NCBI RefSeq assembly: GCF_963921235.1
Contig: NC_086101.1
Span: 2,108,001-2,172,000, forward strand
Direction of reading: 5' to 3'
Length of the DNA: 64,000 nt
Origin: Mobula hypostoma
Taxonomy: Eukaryota
The stretch's first letter is position 1; the number at the start of each line of letters is the position of its first letter. The notes beneath the pieces were generated by a model. It was not told where the DNA came from and made no database searches. It worked only from the letters and a program-made list of their open reading frames with translations. This document shows, in pieces, positions 38,901 through 52,167 of this stretch. Both the position numbers and the translations under genes were made by a program.

Positions 38901-39246
38901 AGATTTGATAGAGGTTTACAAAATTATGAGGGGTATAGACAGAGTAAATGCGAGTCGACTCTTTCCACTTAGATTAGGAGAGATAAATAGGAGAAGGCAT
39001 GGCTTTAGGGTGAGGGGGAACTTCTTCACTCAGAGAATGGTGGGGGTGTAGAACAAGATGCCATCTGACGTGGTAAATGCGGGCTCACTCCTAAGTTTTA
39101 AGAATAAATTGGATAGATACATGGATGGGAGAGGTCTGGAGGGTTATGGACTGGGTGCAGGTCAATGGGACTAGCGGAATGAAGTTTTGGCACAGACTAG
39201 AAGGGCCGAATGGACTGTTTTCTCTGCTGTAGTGTTCTATGGTTCT
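35955..39246 (+). mobile_element. Near-full-length CR1 LINE (ORF1 SGNH end, ORF2 APE plus RT), disabled
   Basis: VAISGLLP and HLNWRGTN (ORF1); SETWL, VGDFNFP, NYRPVSLTS, QGSVLGPLLF, FADDTK; ttctatggttcta tail; several stops and a frameshift. Confidence 0.95.
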
Positions 39247-39249
39247 AAA

Positions 39250-40840
39250 CAGAAATACTGTATATTAAAAAAAAGTGAGGTAGTGTCCAAAGATTCAATG
39301 TCCATTTAGGAATCGGATGGCAGAGGGGAAGAAGCTGTTCCTGAATCGCTGAGTGTGTGCCTTCAGCCTTCTGTACCTCCCACCTGATGGTAACAGTGAG
39401 AAAAGAGCATGTCCTGGGTGCTGGAGGGCAGCAATGAGAAAAGAGCACGGGGTGGAAAGGGTCAGGAGCAGAGTGCTAGGGTCAAATCAGCAGGGGTAGA
39501 GTCAAGAAAAGGGTTCTGGGGTCAGTGGAGCAGTGCTAGGGGCAGAGGGAAGGGTTCTGGGGGTCAGGAGGGCAGGGGCAGGTATCAGGAGAAGGGTTCT
39601 GGGGGTCAGGAGCACAGTGCTGGGGTCAGGAGAAGGGTTCTGGGGTCAGTGGAGGGCAGGAGTCAGGAGGAGGGTTCTGGGGGTCAGAAGGGTAGAGACA
39701 GGGGTCAGGAGAAGGGTTCTGATGCCTGTGCTCAGACAGCAGTTTTTCCTCCTGCCCTGTACGGATGAGGTGTGTGGATGGGTGAAACGCAGTGTAGTGG
39801 GTTTCTAGTTATTGATGCTGCCTTTCTGAGACACCGCTTTCTAAAGATGTCCTGGGTACTTTGTAGGATTGTACCCAAGATGGAGCTGACTAGATTTACA
39901 ACCTTCTGCAGCTTCTTTCGGTCCTGTGCAGTAGCCCCTCCATACCAGACAGTGATGCAGCCTGTCAGAATGCTCTCCATGGTAAAACTATAGAAGTTTT
40001 TGAGTGTATTTATTGACATACCAAATCTCTTCAAACTCCTAATAAAGTATAGCCGCTGTCTTGCCTTTTTTATAACTATATCAATGTGTTGGGACCAGGT
40101 TAGATCCTCAGAGATCTTGACACCCAGGAACTTGAAACTGCTCACTCTCTCCACTTCTGATCCCTCTGAGGATTGGGATGTGTTCCTTCGTCTTACCCTT
40201 CCTGAAATCCACAATCAGCTCTTTCGTCTCACTGATGTTGAGTGCCAAGTTGTTGCTGTGACACCACTCCACTAGTTGGCACATCTCACTCCTGTACGCC
40301 CTCTCGTCACCACCTGAGATTCTACCAACAATGGTTGTATCATCAGCAAATTTGCAGATGGTATTTGAGCTATGCCTAGCCACACAGTCATGGGTATAGA
40401 GAGAGTAGAGCAGTGGGCTAAGCACACACCCCTGAGGTGCACCAGTGTTGATCGTCAGCGAGGAGGATACGTTATCATCAATCCGCACAGATTGTGGTTT
40501 CCAGTTAGGAAGACGAGGATCCAATTGCAGAGGGAGGTACAGAGGCCCAGGTTCTGCAACTTCTCAATCGGGATTGTGGGAATGATGGTATTAAATGCTG
40601 AGCTATAGTCGATGAACAGCATCCTGATATAGGTGCTTGTGTTGTCTAGGTGGTGTAAAGCCGTGTGGAGAGCCATTGAGATCGCATCTTTTGTTGACCT
40701 ATTGTGGCGATAGGCAAATTGCAATGGGTCCAGGTCCTTGCTGAGGCAGGAGTTCAGTCTTGTCATGACCATCCTCTCAAAGCATTTCATCACTGTAGAT
40801 GTGAGTGCTACCAGGCAATAGTTATTAAGGCAGCTCATGT
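39250..40840 (-). mobile_element. Rex1/Babar LINE interrupted by a duplicated block
   Basis: [48 protein letters not shown]. Confidence 0.9.
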
Positions 40841-41416
40841 AGTTATCCTCTTTTGTTCAAAGCCAGATGGTTGAGTGATAGTAACTGTTCTTGAACCTGG
40901 TGCTGTGAGTCCTGAGTCTCCTGTACCTTCTACCTGATGGCAGCAGTGAGAAAAGAGCACGGGGTGGAAAGGGTTAGGAGCAGAGTGCTAGGGTCAAGAC
41001 AGCAGGGGTAGAGTCAAGAAAAGGGTTCTGGGGTCAGTGGAGCAGTGCTAGGGGCAGAGGGAAGGGTTCTGGGGGTCAGGAGGTCAGTGCTAGGGGCAGA
41101 GGGAAGGGTTCTGGGGGTCAGGAGGACAGTGCTAGGGGCAGAGGGAAGGGTTCTGGGGGTCAGGAGGACAGTGCTAGGGGCAGAGGGAAGGGTTCTGGGG
41201 GTCAGGAGGACAGTGCAGAGGTCAGGAGAAGGGTTCTGGGGGTCAGGAGGACAGTGCTAGGGGCAGAGGGAAGGGTTCTGGGGGTCAAGAGGACAGTGCA
41301 GAGGTCAGGAGAAGGGTTCTGATGCCTGTGCTCAGACAGCAGTTTTGCCTCCTGCCTGGTACTGATGAGGTGTGTGTATGGGTGAAAGGCAGTGTAGTGG
41401 GTTTCTAGTTATTGAT
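39428..41416 (+). repeat. Local direct duplication (39428-39816 and 40941-41416) containing a ~42-bp purine-rich tandem repeat
   Basis: Both copies run from gcagca.tgagaaaagagcacggggtggaaaggg to gggtttctagttattgat. Confidence 0.85.
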
Positions 41417-41821
41417 TACCTATACCCAAGGACATGGTGGAGTTGCCCGTAGCGGAACATTATTAGAGAGCCAGTGACCGCAGTTCCGTTCTCACCGCTG
41501 CCTGTACGATGACTGTGTGGGTTTCCTCCGGGTGCTCTGGTTTCCTCCCACAGTCCAAAGTTGTGCAGGTTATGGTCAGCAGGTTCTGTATTGGTCTGTT
41601 GGCACCGGATGCTTGCTGTCCAACCCCAGAACATCCGTGAACTGGGCTGGTTGTTGCTGCAAAGCACACATTGCACAGTATGTTTCATTCTGGGTGCAGG
41701 ATTCCAACATCTCTCTGCGTCAGGAACATAGAAAACCCACAGCACAATACAGGCCCTTCGGCCCACAATGCTGTGCCCAACATGTCCTTACCTGAGAAAT
41801 TACCAAGGGCTTACCCACGCA

Positions 41822-43175
41822 TTGTTGGATCTGACTGTTAGATTAGACTGTTTAGTTGTTATTTCCTTTACAGGTTAACAATTAATTGTCTGTTACACGT
41901 GCACACAAACTGATTATTTTTGTGTACATGTAACAGTCTTGTATGCCTCCTAGGGGTCGCAGTTGCCCCCCAGAAATCGGACAAGGTCTATCCGAACCAG
42001 AAACCCTCTGGATCGACGGTTCCGTGTGGGCAGCACTTACCGCCGACGCAGAGCTAACGTTGCCGGTGATCAGCGGGGACTCAAGAAACGCAGCTACGAT
42101 CAGCGCAAAGTCATCGAGGCAGCGAAACGACAATACAGGGACAGGATCCAGACACAACTCTCCACCAACGACACACGCAGTGTATGGCAAGGTCTGCACA
42201 CCATCGCAGGCTTCAAAGCTATGCGCAGTGGCGCAGCCAACATCGCCGCCTCTCTCCCAGATGAGCTAAATCTTTTTTACTCTTGGTTTAACGTCGCCAA
42301 CTCTGAGTCCCTGAGGAGAGCCATTGAAGCGATCTGCACTTTGATCATCTCTGAGGCTGAAGTACGAAGGTGTTTCTAACGGGTGAACAGTCGCAAGGCC
42401 GTGGTACCGGACAGCATCCCAGGGCGAGTACTCAGGATGTGCGCAGCGCAACTGGTAGATGTGTTTACAGACATTTCTAATCTCTCCCTCTCCCAGTGTA
42501 GAGTGCCTTCCTGCTTCAAAACATCCACTGTCGTTCCTGTACCTGAAAAGACCAAGGCAGCATGTCTGAACGACTGACGTCCTGTCGCACTCAGTAATAT
42601 TCAATATAGATACACTGAACGTCAGAGAAATGTATACAATATACATCCTGAAAAATCTCTTTCTTCGCAAACATCCACAGAAACAGAGGAGTGCTCCAAA
42701 GAATGAGTGACAGTTAAACGTTAGAACCCCAAACACTCCCCCCACCCCCAGCTCCCCTCTCCCCCTCCCACTCACCTCAGTAATAAATAAATGCTTTGAG
42801 AGGCTGGTCAAGGATTACATCTGCAGCTTGCTACCACCCAGAATGGACCCCTACAATTCACTTACCGACACAACTGATTGACAGACGATGCCATAGCGAC
42901 AGCTCGACACACCGTCCTTACACATCTGGAGAAGAGGGATGCTTATGTGAGAATGCTGTTCTTGGACTACATGCAACACCATAATTCCCTCCAGGCTCGA
43001 CAAGAAGCTCAGAGACCTCGGCCTTCACCCTGCCTCGTGCAGCTGGATCCTGGATTTCCTGTCAGATGGTCGGCAGGTGGTAAGAGTGGGCTCCCTCACC
43101 TCTGCCCCTCTGACCCTCAATACAGGTGCCCCCAGGGCTGTGTCCTAAACCCCCTCCTTTACTCACTGTATATCC
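41822..43175 (+). mobile_element. Rex1/Babar LINE fragment with a small insert (~42595-42780)
   Basis: [45 protein letters not shown]. Confidence 0.85.
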
Positions 43176-43358
43176 ATCAACAGACAACAAAATTCAGATT
43201 GATTTGCCCATGGTAAAGACCCATGTGTCTCTGCCTTTTCCAAATGATCAGTATCTTCCCTGCCAGTGAGATTAGGCTTAGAGTTCTATTTCCTGTGGCC
43301 TCATTTCTCCCCCTTTCTTACTGCCCCGCCCTCTGGCAGTGAAGCTTTTTAGAATGGC

Positions 43359-44181
43359 CTGTCTGATGATCTTAGTGAAGAGTAATGGCCTTACCCCTGT
43401 CTGATGATCTTAGTGAAGAGTAATGGCCTTACCCCTGTCTGATGATCTTAGTGAAGAGTAATGGCCTTACCCCTGTCTGATGATCTTAGTGAAGAGTAAT
43501 GGCCTTACCCCTGTCTGATGATCTTAGTGAAGAGTAATGGCCTTACCCCGTCTGATGATCTTAGTGAAGAGTAATGGCCTTACCCCTGTCTGATGATCTT
43601 AGTGAAGAGTAATGGCCTTACCCCTGTCTGATGATCTTAGTGAAGAGTAATGGCCTTACCCGTGTCTGATGATCTTAGTGAAGAGTAATGGCCTTACCCC
43701 GTCTGATGATCTTAGTGAAGAGTAATGGCCTTACCCCTGTCTGATGATCTTAGTGAAGAGTAATGGCCTTACCCCTGTCTGATGATCTTAGTGAAGAGTA
43801 ATGGCCTTACCCCGTCTGATGATCTTAGTGAAGAGTAATGGCCTTACCCCTGTCTGATGATCTTAGTGAAGAGTAATGGCCTTACCCCTGTCTGATGATC
43901 TTAGTGAAGAGTAATGGCCTTACCCCTGTCTGATGATCTTAGTGAAGAGTAATGGCCTTACCCGTGTCTGATGATCTTAGTGAAGAGTAATGGCCTTACC
44001 CCTGTCTGATGATCTTAGTGAAGAGTAATGGCCTTACCCCGTCTGATGATCTTAGTGAAGAGTAATGGCCTTACCTCTGTCTGATGATCTTAGTGAAGAG
44101 TAATGGCCTTACCCCTGTCTGATGATCTTAGTGAAGAGTAATGGCCTTACCCGTGTCTGATGATCTTAGTGAAGAGTAATG
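43359..44181. repeat. 37/38-bp minisatellite, about 21.5 units (CTGATGATCTTAGTGAAGAGTAATGGCCTTACCCCTGT)
   Basis: Direct periodicity; variation only in the C-run. Confidence 0.97.
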
Positions 44182-45252
44182 CTCCTGCCATTGCAGTTGT
44201 GACTTTCAAGGCCCTCCATTGGTCAGGCTCGACCATGGATGCTGCATCTCAGCTGTCTGCATGATACGCGAGCCAGGGCAGTACGATGCAGAGGGCAGGC
44301 TGTTGTGCACGCAGCAGGCTCCCCCTCTCCACGCAGCTGATGAATCCAAAGGGACGACAGATACTAATACAGTTCGGACCCAGCGACGTCACAGGAGTTG
44401 CCAGTCAGTATTGAACTCAACGTAAGACTGCCTCAGGGACTCAAACCCCAGAGTTTTCCTTTGGGTTTACGCCTGAAAGCTTCCCGGTGAAGGTGTATAG
44501 TCTTCAGGAAGCGGAGGCTTGAGATCAGAGTTTTCCTTCTCCTAGATGAGCTGCCAACCCCAGTTGTCGAGCTGACTGGCCAGTGGTGTCACTGAGAGCT
44601 AAAACCGGCAGGAAATTTTCCATTCCCCCAAAGCTGCTTCCTCTGAACTCTTCATTAATTGTGTCTGTCTCGACCGCAGTCAGGATGTACAGACTTTATA
44701 AAGGACTGGTGAAAAGTATTGTGAACATTTACCTTAGAAAGGATGTGCTGAAACTGGAGAGGGTACAAAGGAGGTTCATGAGACTGATTCCAGGATTGAA
44801 TGGCTTGTCATGTGAAGAGCACTTAATAGCTCTGGGCCTGTATTCACTACAATTCAGAAGAGTGAGGGATGACCTCATTGAAACCTATCGGATGGTGAAA
44901 GCCCTTGATAGAGTAGATGTGGAGAGGATGTTTCCTGTCGTGGGAGAGTCTATGACCAGAGGACACAGCTCAGTCCTTTTAGAGCTGAGATGAGGAGGAA
45001 TTTCTTTAGCCAGAGAGTGCTGAATCTGTGTAATTCTTTGCCACGGGCAGATATGGAGGCCAGGTTTTTACGTATATTTAAGACAGAGGTTGATAGATTC
45101 TTGATTGGTCAAGGCATGAAGGGATATGGGGAGAAGGCAGGAGATTGGGGCTCAGAGGAAAATTGGACCAGCCATGATGAACTGGTGGAGCAGACTTGAT
45201 GGGCCAAATGGCCTAATTCTGCTCCTATATCATATGGAATGCACTGAAGTTC

Positions 45253-47732
45253 TGTGTGTTTGGGAACTGGATTAATGATTTGTTTCTAAATACCTCTTGT
45301 GGGTTCTAGAGTGACTCCCAACTGCAAGGCCTACTCCCACTGGCACCTCCCAGTCTCCACCCAGCTAATGGGATTGACCTGCCACTCACTCCAGACTCAT
45401 CACCGGCAACCTATTTAGCCCCAGTTCTCATCAATCACTCATAGATATTAAGGAAGAGGATGTGCTGGAGCTTTTGGAAAGCATAAGTTGGATAAGTCAC
45501 TGGGACCGGATGGGATGTACCCCAGGCTACTGTGGGAGGTGAGGGAGGAGATTGCTGAGCCTCTGCTGATGATCTTTGCATCATCAATAGGGACGGGAGA
45601 GGTTCTGGAGGATTGGAGGGTTGTGGATGTTGTTCCCTTATTCAAGAAAGGCAGTAGAGTTAGCCCAGGAAATTATAGACCAGTGAGTCTTACTTCAGTG
45701 GTTGGTAAGTTGATGGAGAAGATCCTGAGAGGCAGAATTTATGAACATTTGGAGAGGCATAATATGATTAGGAATAGTCAGCATGGCTTTGTCAAAGGCA
45801 GGTCATGCCTTATGAGCCTGATTGAATTTTTTGAGGATGTGACTAAACACATTGATGAAGGTAGAGCTATAGATGTAGTGTATATGGATTTCAGCAAGGC
45901 ATTTGATAAGGTACCCCATGCAAGGCTTATTGAGAAAGTAAGGAAGCATGGGATCCAAGGAGACATTGACAATAGACAATAGGTGCAGGAGTAGGCCATT
46001 CAGCCCTTCGAGCCAGCACCACCATTCACTGTGATCATGGCTGATCATCCACAATCAGTATCCAGTTCCTGCCTTCTCCCCCATATCCCTTGACTCCGCT
46101 ATCTTTAAGAGCTCTATCTAACTCTTTTTTGAAAGAATCCATAGAATTGGCCTCCACATTGCTTTGTGGATCCAGAACTGGCTTGCCCACAGAAGGCAAA
46201 GAGTGGTTGTAGATGGGTCATATTCTGCATGGAGGTCAGTGACCAGTGGTGTGCCTCAGGGATCTGTTCTGGGACCCCTACTCTTCATGATTTTTATAAA
46301 TGACCTGGATGAGGAAGTGGAGGGATGGGTTAGTAAATTTGCTGATGACACAAAAGTTGGGGGTGTTGTGGATAGTGTGGAGGGCTATCAGAGGTTACAG
46401 CGGGACATTGATAGGATGCAAAACTGGGCTGAGAACTGGCAGATAAAGTTCAACCCAGATAAGTGTGAGGTGGTTCATTTTGGTAGGTCAAATATGATGG
46501 CAGAATATAGTATTAATGGTAAGACTCTTGGCAGTGTGGAGGATTAGAGGGATCTTGGGGTCTGAGTCCATAGGACTCGCAGGTTGATTCTGTGGTTAAG
46601 AAGGCATACGGTACGTTGGCCTTCATCAATCGTAGGATTGAGTTTACAAGCTGAGATAATATTGCAGCTATATAGGACCCTGGTCAGACCCCACTTGGAG
46701 TACTGTGCTCATTTCTGGTCGCCTCACTACAGGAGGGATGTGTAAATCATAGAAAGGGTGCAGAGGAGATTTACAAGGATGTTGCCTGGATTGGGGAGCA
46801 TGCCTTATGAGAATAGGTTGAGTGAACTAGGCCTTTTCTCCTTGGAGCGACGGAGGATGAGAGGTGACCTGATAGAGGTGTATAAGATGATGAGAGGCAT
46901 TGATCGTGTGGATAGTCAGAGGCTTTTCACCAAGGCTGAAATGGCTAGCATGAGAGGGCAGAATTTTAAGGTGCTTGGAAGTAGGTACAGAGGAGACGTC
47001 AGGGGTAAGTTTTTTATGCAGAGAGTGGTGAGTCTGGTGACGGTGGTGGAGGCGGATACGCCAGGGTCTTTTAAGAGACTCCTGGATGGAGCTTAGAAAA
47101 ATAGAGGGGTGTGGGTAAGCCGAGGTAGTTCTAAGGTAAGGACATGTCCAGCACAGCTTTGTGGGCCGAAGGATCTGTATTGTGCTGTAGGTTTTCTATG
47201 TTTCTATGTTTCATCCAACCAGCCGGATTGAACCAGTTGCTCCAAACTTTCACTTTCCCTGCCTAAAGTTTACCTTGTACTGTAGTGATTAGTTTCTTCC
47301 CTCTCTTGTTTTGTGTCCTCCCTCTTCCCCCCCCCGTTGAAGTTTAAGGGAATTAGGGGATTCTCAGATTCCTGTAAATAATGGGTTAAGTACCAACTAT
47401 GTTTGTGTATTTTGTGAGTTACTGCAGTGTGTTTGAATAATGTCTCACAGTTGCTTATTTGGAGCAAGGTTATGGTTAAAGTTCACACAGATCCACATAA
47501 GATATCTCCTGATTTTTCCCACCTTTTAGTGTCGACAAAAGGCAGTACCTGATGGGAATTAGACAGGACATTCCTTTCTTAATTAAAGCACAAATTGGTG
47601 GATGTTCTTAACTTTGTAATTAAGTTTTGGCTCCAACAAACCAGGTAGGACATTTCTTTCTTTAATTAAAGTGGCTGGAGTGTCTATCAAACTGATTGTT
47701 CTTTTGTATTGGTGGCCTTATAAATTGTAACA
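45253..47732 (+). mobile_element. Solo LTR (~700 bp) interrupted by a CR1
   Basis: TG...TGTAACA termini with GTTC on both sides (45249-52 and 47733-36). Confidence 0.65.
45441..47211 (+). mobile_element. 5'-truncated CR1 with a nested minus-strand LINE 3' fragment (~45969-46155)
   Basis: RT motifs, (tttctatg)n tail; nested insert flanked by ACATTG. Confidence 0.9.
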
Positions 47733-48056
47733 GTTCTGGAAGGCGAACAGTGAACTTGTGGAACCACCAGAGGGATGAGACGCTTCTCCCCTGATGTCGG
47801 GACCAAGTTCACTCTCCGGTTGAACTCGAAGAAATAAATTGGTGAAAAGATAAACGATCCTTTTGTGCTGTTGTTATTTGGTCCGGCATTTTTTAAAGTT
47901 TACACCCCTGGTTTGTTATTTTTACAATATATTATTAAAATTATCATTCATCGCTAAATCGATTCCACTACTCTGGGTTTGTATCAAGCATTTCCTAAAA
48001 CTGACTGTAAGGGGGTTAATTTTAGTAATGCAGTTCAACATAAAGTTATTATCAAA

Positions 48057-48060
<4 letters not shown>

Positions 48061-48088
<28 letters not shown>
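48061..48088. repeat. (AT)n microsatellite
   Basis: About 14 AT units. Confidence 0.95.
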
Positions 48089-48139
48089 TACCATATACAA
48101 CCCCGAGATTCACTTTTCTACGGATGTACTCAATACATT

Positions 48140-50720
48140 GAAGTTCAAAGTAAGATTTATTATCAGAGTGCATACACATCACCATAAACAATCCTGCGGG
48201 CATACCCAGTAAATCTATAGAACAGTGACTGTAAACAGGATCAATCGACAACAAACTGCGCAAATGCAGATGTAAATAAAGAGCAGTAAATAACAAGATA
48301 AAGTGTCCTTAAAGTGAGACCAATGGTTATGGGAACACCAGAAGTAGAATAATCACCATAACAGAATCACTGAAAGACCACTCCAACTAGGGTGATCAAC
48401 CAATGTGCAGAAAATAACAAACTGTGCAAATATAAAAATAATAAATAATAATAATAAATAAATCAGTAATAAATATTGAGAACATGAGATGAAGAGTCCT
48501 TGGACGAGAGTCCACTGGTTGTTGGAACAGTTCAGGATGGTGTGAGTGAAGTTATCCTCTCTGGTTCCACAGCCTGATGGGTGAGGGGTGAGGGGTAGTA
48601 ACTGTTCTTGCACCTGGTTGTGAGAGTCCTGAGGCTCCTGTACCTTCTCCATGATGGCGGCAGTGAGGAGAGAGCATGTCCTGCGAGGTGGGAGTTTCTG
48701 ACGATGGTTGCTGCCTTCCTGCAACGGCATTTCATGTAGAGGTGTTCAATGGTGTCAAGGGCTTTACCCGGGTTGGACTGGGCTCTATCCTCCGTTTTGT
48801 ATCATTTTTCCATTCAAGTGTCCATACCAGGCCGTGATGCAGCCAGTCAATATGCTCTCCACTCTAGAAGTTTGTCAAAGTTTTAGATGTCGTACTGAAT
48901 CTCCGCAAACTCCTAAGGGAGTAGAGGTGTTGCGTACTGGGCCCAGGACAGATCCTCCGAAATAATAACTCGGGAATTTAAAGCTGCTGACCCTCTCTCT
49001 CTCTCTCTGATTCCCCTGATGAGGACTCAATGTCCAAAACACAAAAGAGCTGATTGTGGACTACGGGAGAAACAGAGACGGGCTTACCCCAAGCAACATC
49101 AATGGGTCTGCAGCTGAGAGGGTGAGTAGTTTCAAGTTCCTTGGTATACACATCACCGATGATCTCACCTGGACTGTACACATCGGCTTTGTGGAAAAAA
49201 AAAGCACAACAGTGTCTCTTCCACGTCAGGTGACTGAAGTCGTCCAGCATGGGCCCCCAAATCCTCGAGAGCTTCTACAGGGGCACCATTGAGAGCATCC
49301 TGACCGGCTGTGGGAACTGCACCAACCGTGATCGCTGGGCACCGCAGAGAGTGGTACGGACAGCCCAGCACATCTGTGGGTGTGAACTTCCCTCCACTGA
49401 GGACATTTACAGTGGCAGATGCAGAAAGAAGGCCTGGAAGATCATCAGGGAACACCGATCACCCCAACTATAAAATACTTCCGTCTGGCAAACACTACCA
49501 CAGCATTAGAGCCAGGATCAACCGGCTACGGGACAGCTTCTTTCTACAGATCATTACACTCTTAAATTCACATGTCTGTACATTGCAACGGAGCCATAAC
49601 ACAAAGATTTTTACTCACTCATGTTGTGGGATGGTTGTAAGATTTAAATAAATTCAAATTTACGGACGTCTGGTTTCCTTCTCCTGAAGTCAATAATCGG
49701 CTCTTGCTGACATTGAGCAAGTGGTTGTTGTTATGGACCACTCATTCAGATTTTCAACTTCCCTCCTGTATACTGATTTATCGCCGTCTTCCATTCAGTC
49801 TACCGCAGTGGTGTCATCGGCAAACTGGAGTATGTGCTGAGCCACACAGTCACAGGTGTGAAGTGAGTGGAACGGGAGGCGAAGCAACAGCCTTGTGGTG
49901 GAGATTGTGGAGATGCTGCCGCCAATCGGGACTGCGGTCCGTAAGTGAGGAAATGCACAAGGAGGTACTGAGGTCAAGTTCTGAGAGCTTATCGGTTAGT
50001 TTTGAGGGGATGGTGGTATCGAATGCTGAGCTGTAGTCGACAAAAAGCGTCCGGTCATTTGCATCGTTGCTGTCCAGGTGTTCCAGGGTTGGGTCAAGAG
50101 CCAAAGACATGACACCTGCTGAGTTGTCAGATAGGAGCGGACCTCAAACAAGAGTCGTTATGTTTCATCGCCAACCTCGCGAAACACCTCATCACTGCTG
50201 ATGTGAGTGGCTACTCCGCGATACTCCCTGAGGCGGGTCACCGGTATAACTGAAGCCTCACACAGCAGCAGGCCAGGCAGCATCTCTAGGAAGAGGTACA
50301 GACAACGTTTCAGGCCGAGACCCTTCTCGAAGCAATTGGTCAAAGCAAGAGGTGAAAGATCTCAGTGAACACTCCAGTCTGCTGATCGGTGTACACGTCG
50401 TTGGTACCATATCTGGGCCGAATGCATTTCGCTGATTCGCCCTCCTAAAGGTGGCTTGCAGCGTTAGCCTCATCGGAGGATGAGGGAGTTTGTGATGGTT
50501 CCTTCATGACTTGATGCTCAAAGTCAGCATATTACCACCAGGGAGGGGGTACCGGAGCCTGAAGACCCACGTTCAACATTTTAGGAACAGCTTCTTCCCC
50601 TCTGTCGTCAGATTTCTGAATGGCCAATGAATCTATGAAAACTACCTCACCATCTTCCTCTATTTTTTTGCGCTACTTTTCAATCTATCTCTTCTTGTAA
50701 TTTCAAGTCTGGCACTGCAC
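48140..50720. mobile_element. Cluster of decayed Rex1/Babar fragments in both orientations
   Basis: FKFLGIHITDDLTW on +; VDYSSAFDT and QFADDT on -. Confidence 0.7.
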
Positions 50721-51449
50721 CGCTGTCGCAAGCCATTTCATCAGGGATGGTAACTGTGATTCTGAATGTGGCCGCTCACTGATTGATTGCCACACATCAC
50801 GGGACAGGACAGGGGGAAGCCGCGTCCACGACAAATACCACAGGGATTTAAGTCCCAGGAGGAGGCTCACGAAAGGGAGGGTTGGACGTTGATGCCCCTG
50901 GGCCTGCACTCGCGGATGTTTAGAAGAATGGGACGGGGAGGGATCCCAAGGAAACCTATCAAATGACTCCATAGAGCGGATGTGGAGAAGATGTTGCCGG
51001 CGATGGGGGAGTCTTGGACCAGAGAGGACACAGCCTAGGAATAGAGGAACGTCCATTTAGAACGGGGACGAGGAGGAATTTCCTGAGCCACTGGGTGGTG
51101 AATCTATGAAATTTATTGGCCCGAAGAGCCGAGCAGTTGGCGTATTTAACGCGGAGGTCTTCATTAGTCAGGGCATCAAAGTTACGGGGAAAAGCAGGTG
51201 AACGGGGTTGAGAGGGATAATAAACAGATGGCTCCTTTCTCTGGTGGCCTTACCGCCCACCCGATCGCTATCGCGGTTGTGAGGGGCTCGCTCCTCCGAT
51301 GGCCGACACCGCCGGTTGGGTAAATTTCGCCGACCAAGCGCAGGCCTCGCGTTCCAGATGCGAACCAGGTACGGGATGTCAGTGATACACGTTACCGGGG
51401 TCGGGGGGCGGGGGCCGAGTCCCTCCCCGAGTCTGGCCTCGGCCGCTGC

Positions 51450-51725
51450 TCATAGCTCTGCCTCCTCGTCCTGTGCGGTCCACAGCCAGTATGCCAGGTA
51501 GCGGCCGATAGCCGACCAGTGGGTGATGTACCAGACCTTGTAGACGACCTCGGCGCTGAGGACCAGCAGCAGCAGTGCGAGGAAGACGAAGAAGACCCGG
51601 TCGGCATAGTGTATCACCTTGTGTCTGAGGGTCTGGCCCCGGGGTCCGGGCGCCGGCTCTTCTTCCACCTCGTCCTTGCTGATGGCCTCGGACTCGCCCG
51701 GGACCGGCTCATCCACGTCCGCCAT
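51450..51725 (-). CDS. SMIM40: Small integral membrane protein 40 (91 aa, single coding exon)
   Basis: cggATGg; ...DRVFFVFLALLLLVLSAEVVYKVWY...QDEEAEL*, parallel to recalled human SMIM40 DKAFFIFLALFLTLLMLEAAYKLLW...QKEEELEL; donor |gtaac after 51396. Confidence 0.85.
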   Translation of the reverse strand: MADVDEPVPGESEAISKDEVEEEPAPGPRGQTLRHKVIHYADRVFFVFLALLLLVLSAEVVYKVWYITHWSAIGRYLAYWLWTAQDEEAEL

Positions 51726-52167
51726 CCGCCGGGTCCTGTGCCGAGGGGCCCCTCGGACTCGCTGGTTACGGGTGAGAGGGGCGTCCGCCGACAGGAGCGG
51801 GTGTCTGATCGCAGCCGGCGGGCGCGGGTGGCGAACACCGCCTCTCAGGTCAACAGCACGTCTAAATCCGCCTTGATCCAGCCCGGTTTTAGCGGAATAA
51901 TCCCCGGCTGACGACAGCCCGAGCCCGGAACGAGGGAACTGGGTCACCCGTGGAAGAGAGAGAGGCTCAGCGGGTTGGTGGCGTGGCTGGCATCGCCAAT
52001 GCCCTTGAAAGGAAAAGGCTACAGATTGTAGTGGGCACGGCCCAGGCCACCATGGGCAAAGCCCTCCGCTCCATTGAACACATCTACAGGGAGCGCCGTC
52101 ATCCCACCATCCAGGCCTCCTTATCTAATCGGGGAGGAGGTACAGGAGTCTCGGGTCACACAACGCC

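Noticed and set aside
51726-51947. N-terminal extension of SMIM40 to 165 aa in the ORF track
   Set aside because: Non-ATG start crossing a probable acceptor near 51939; the ATG at 51725 has good context and fits the family size.
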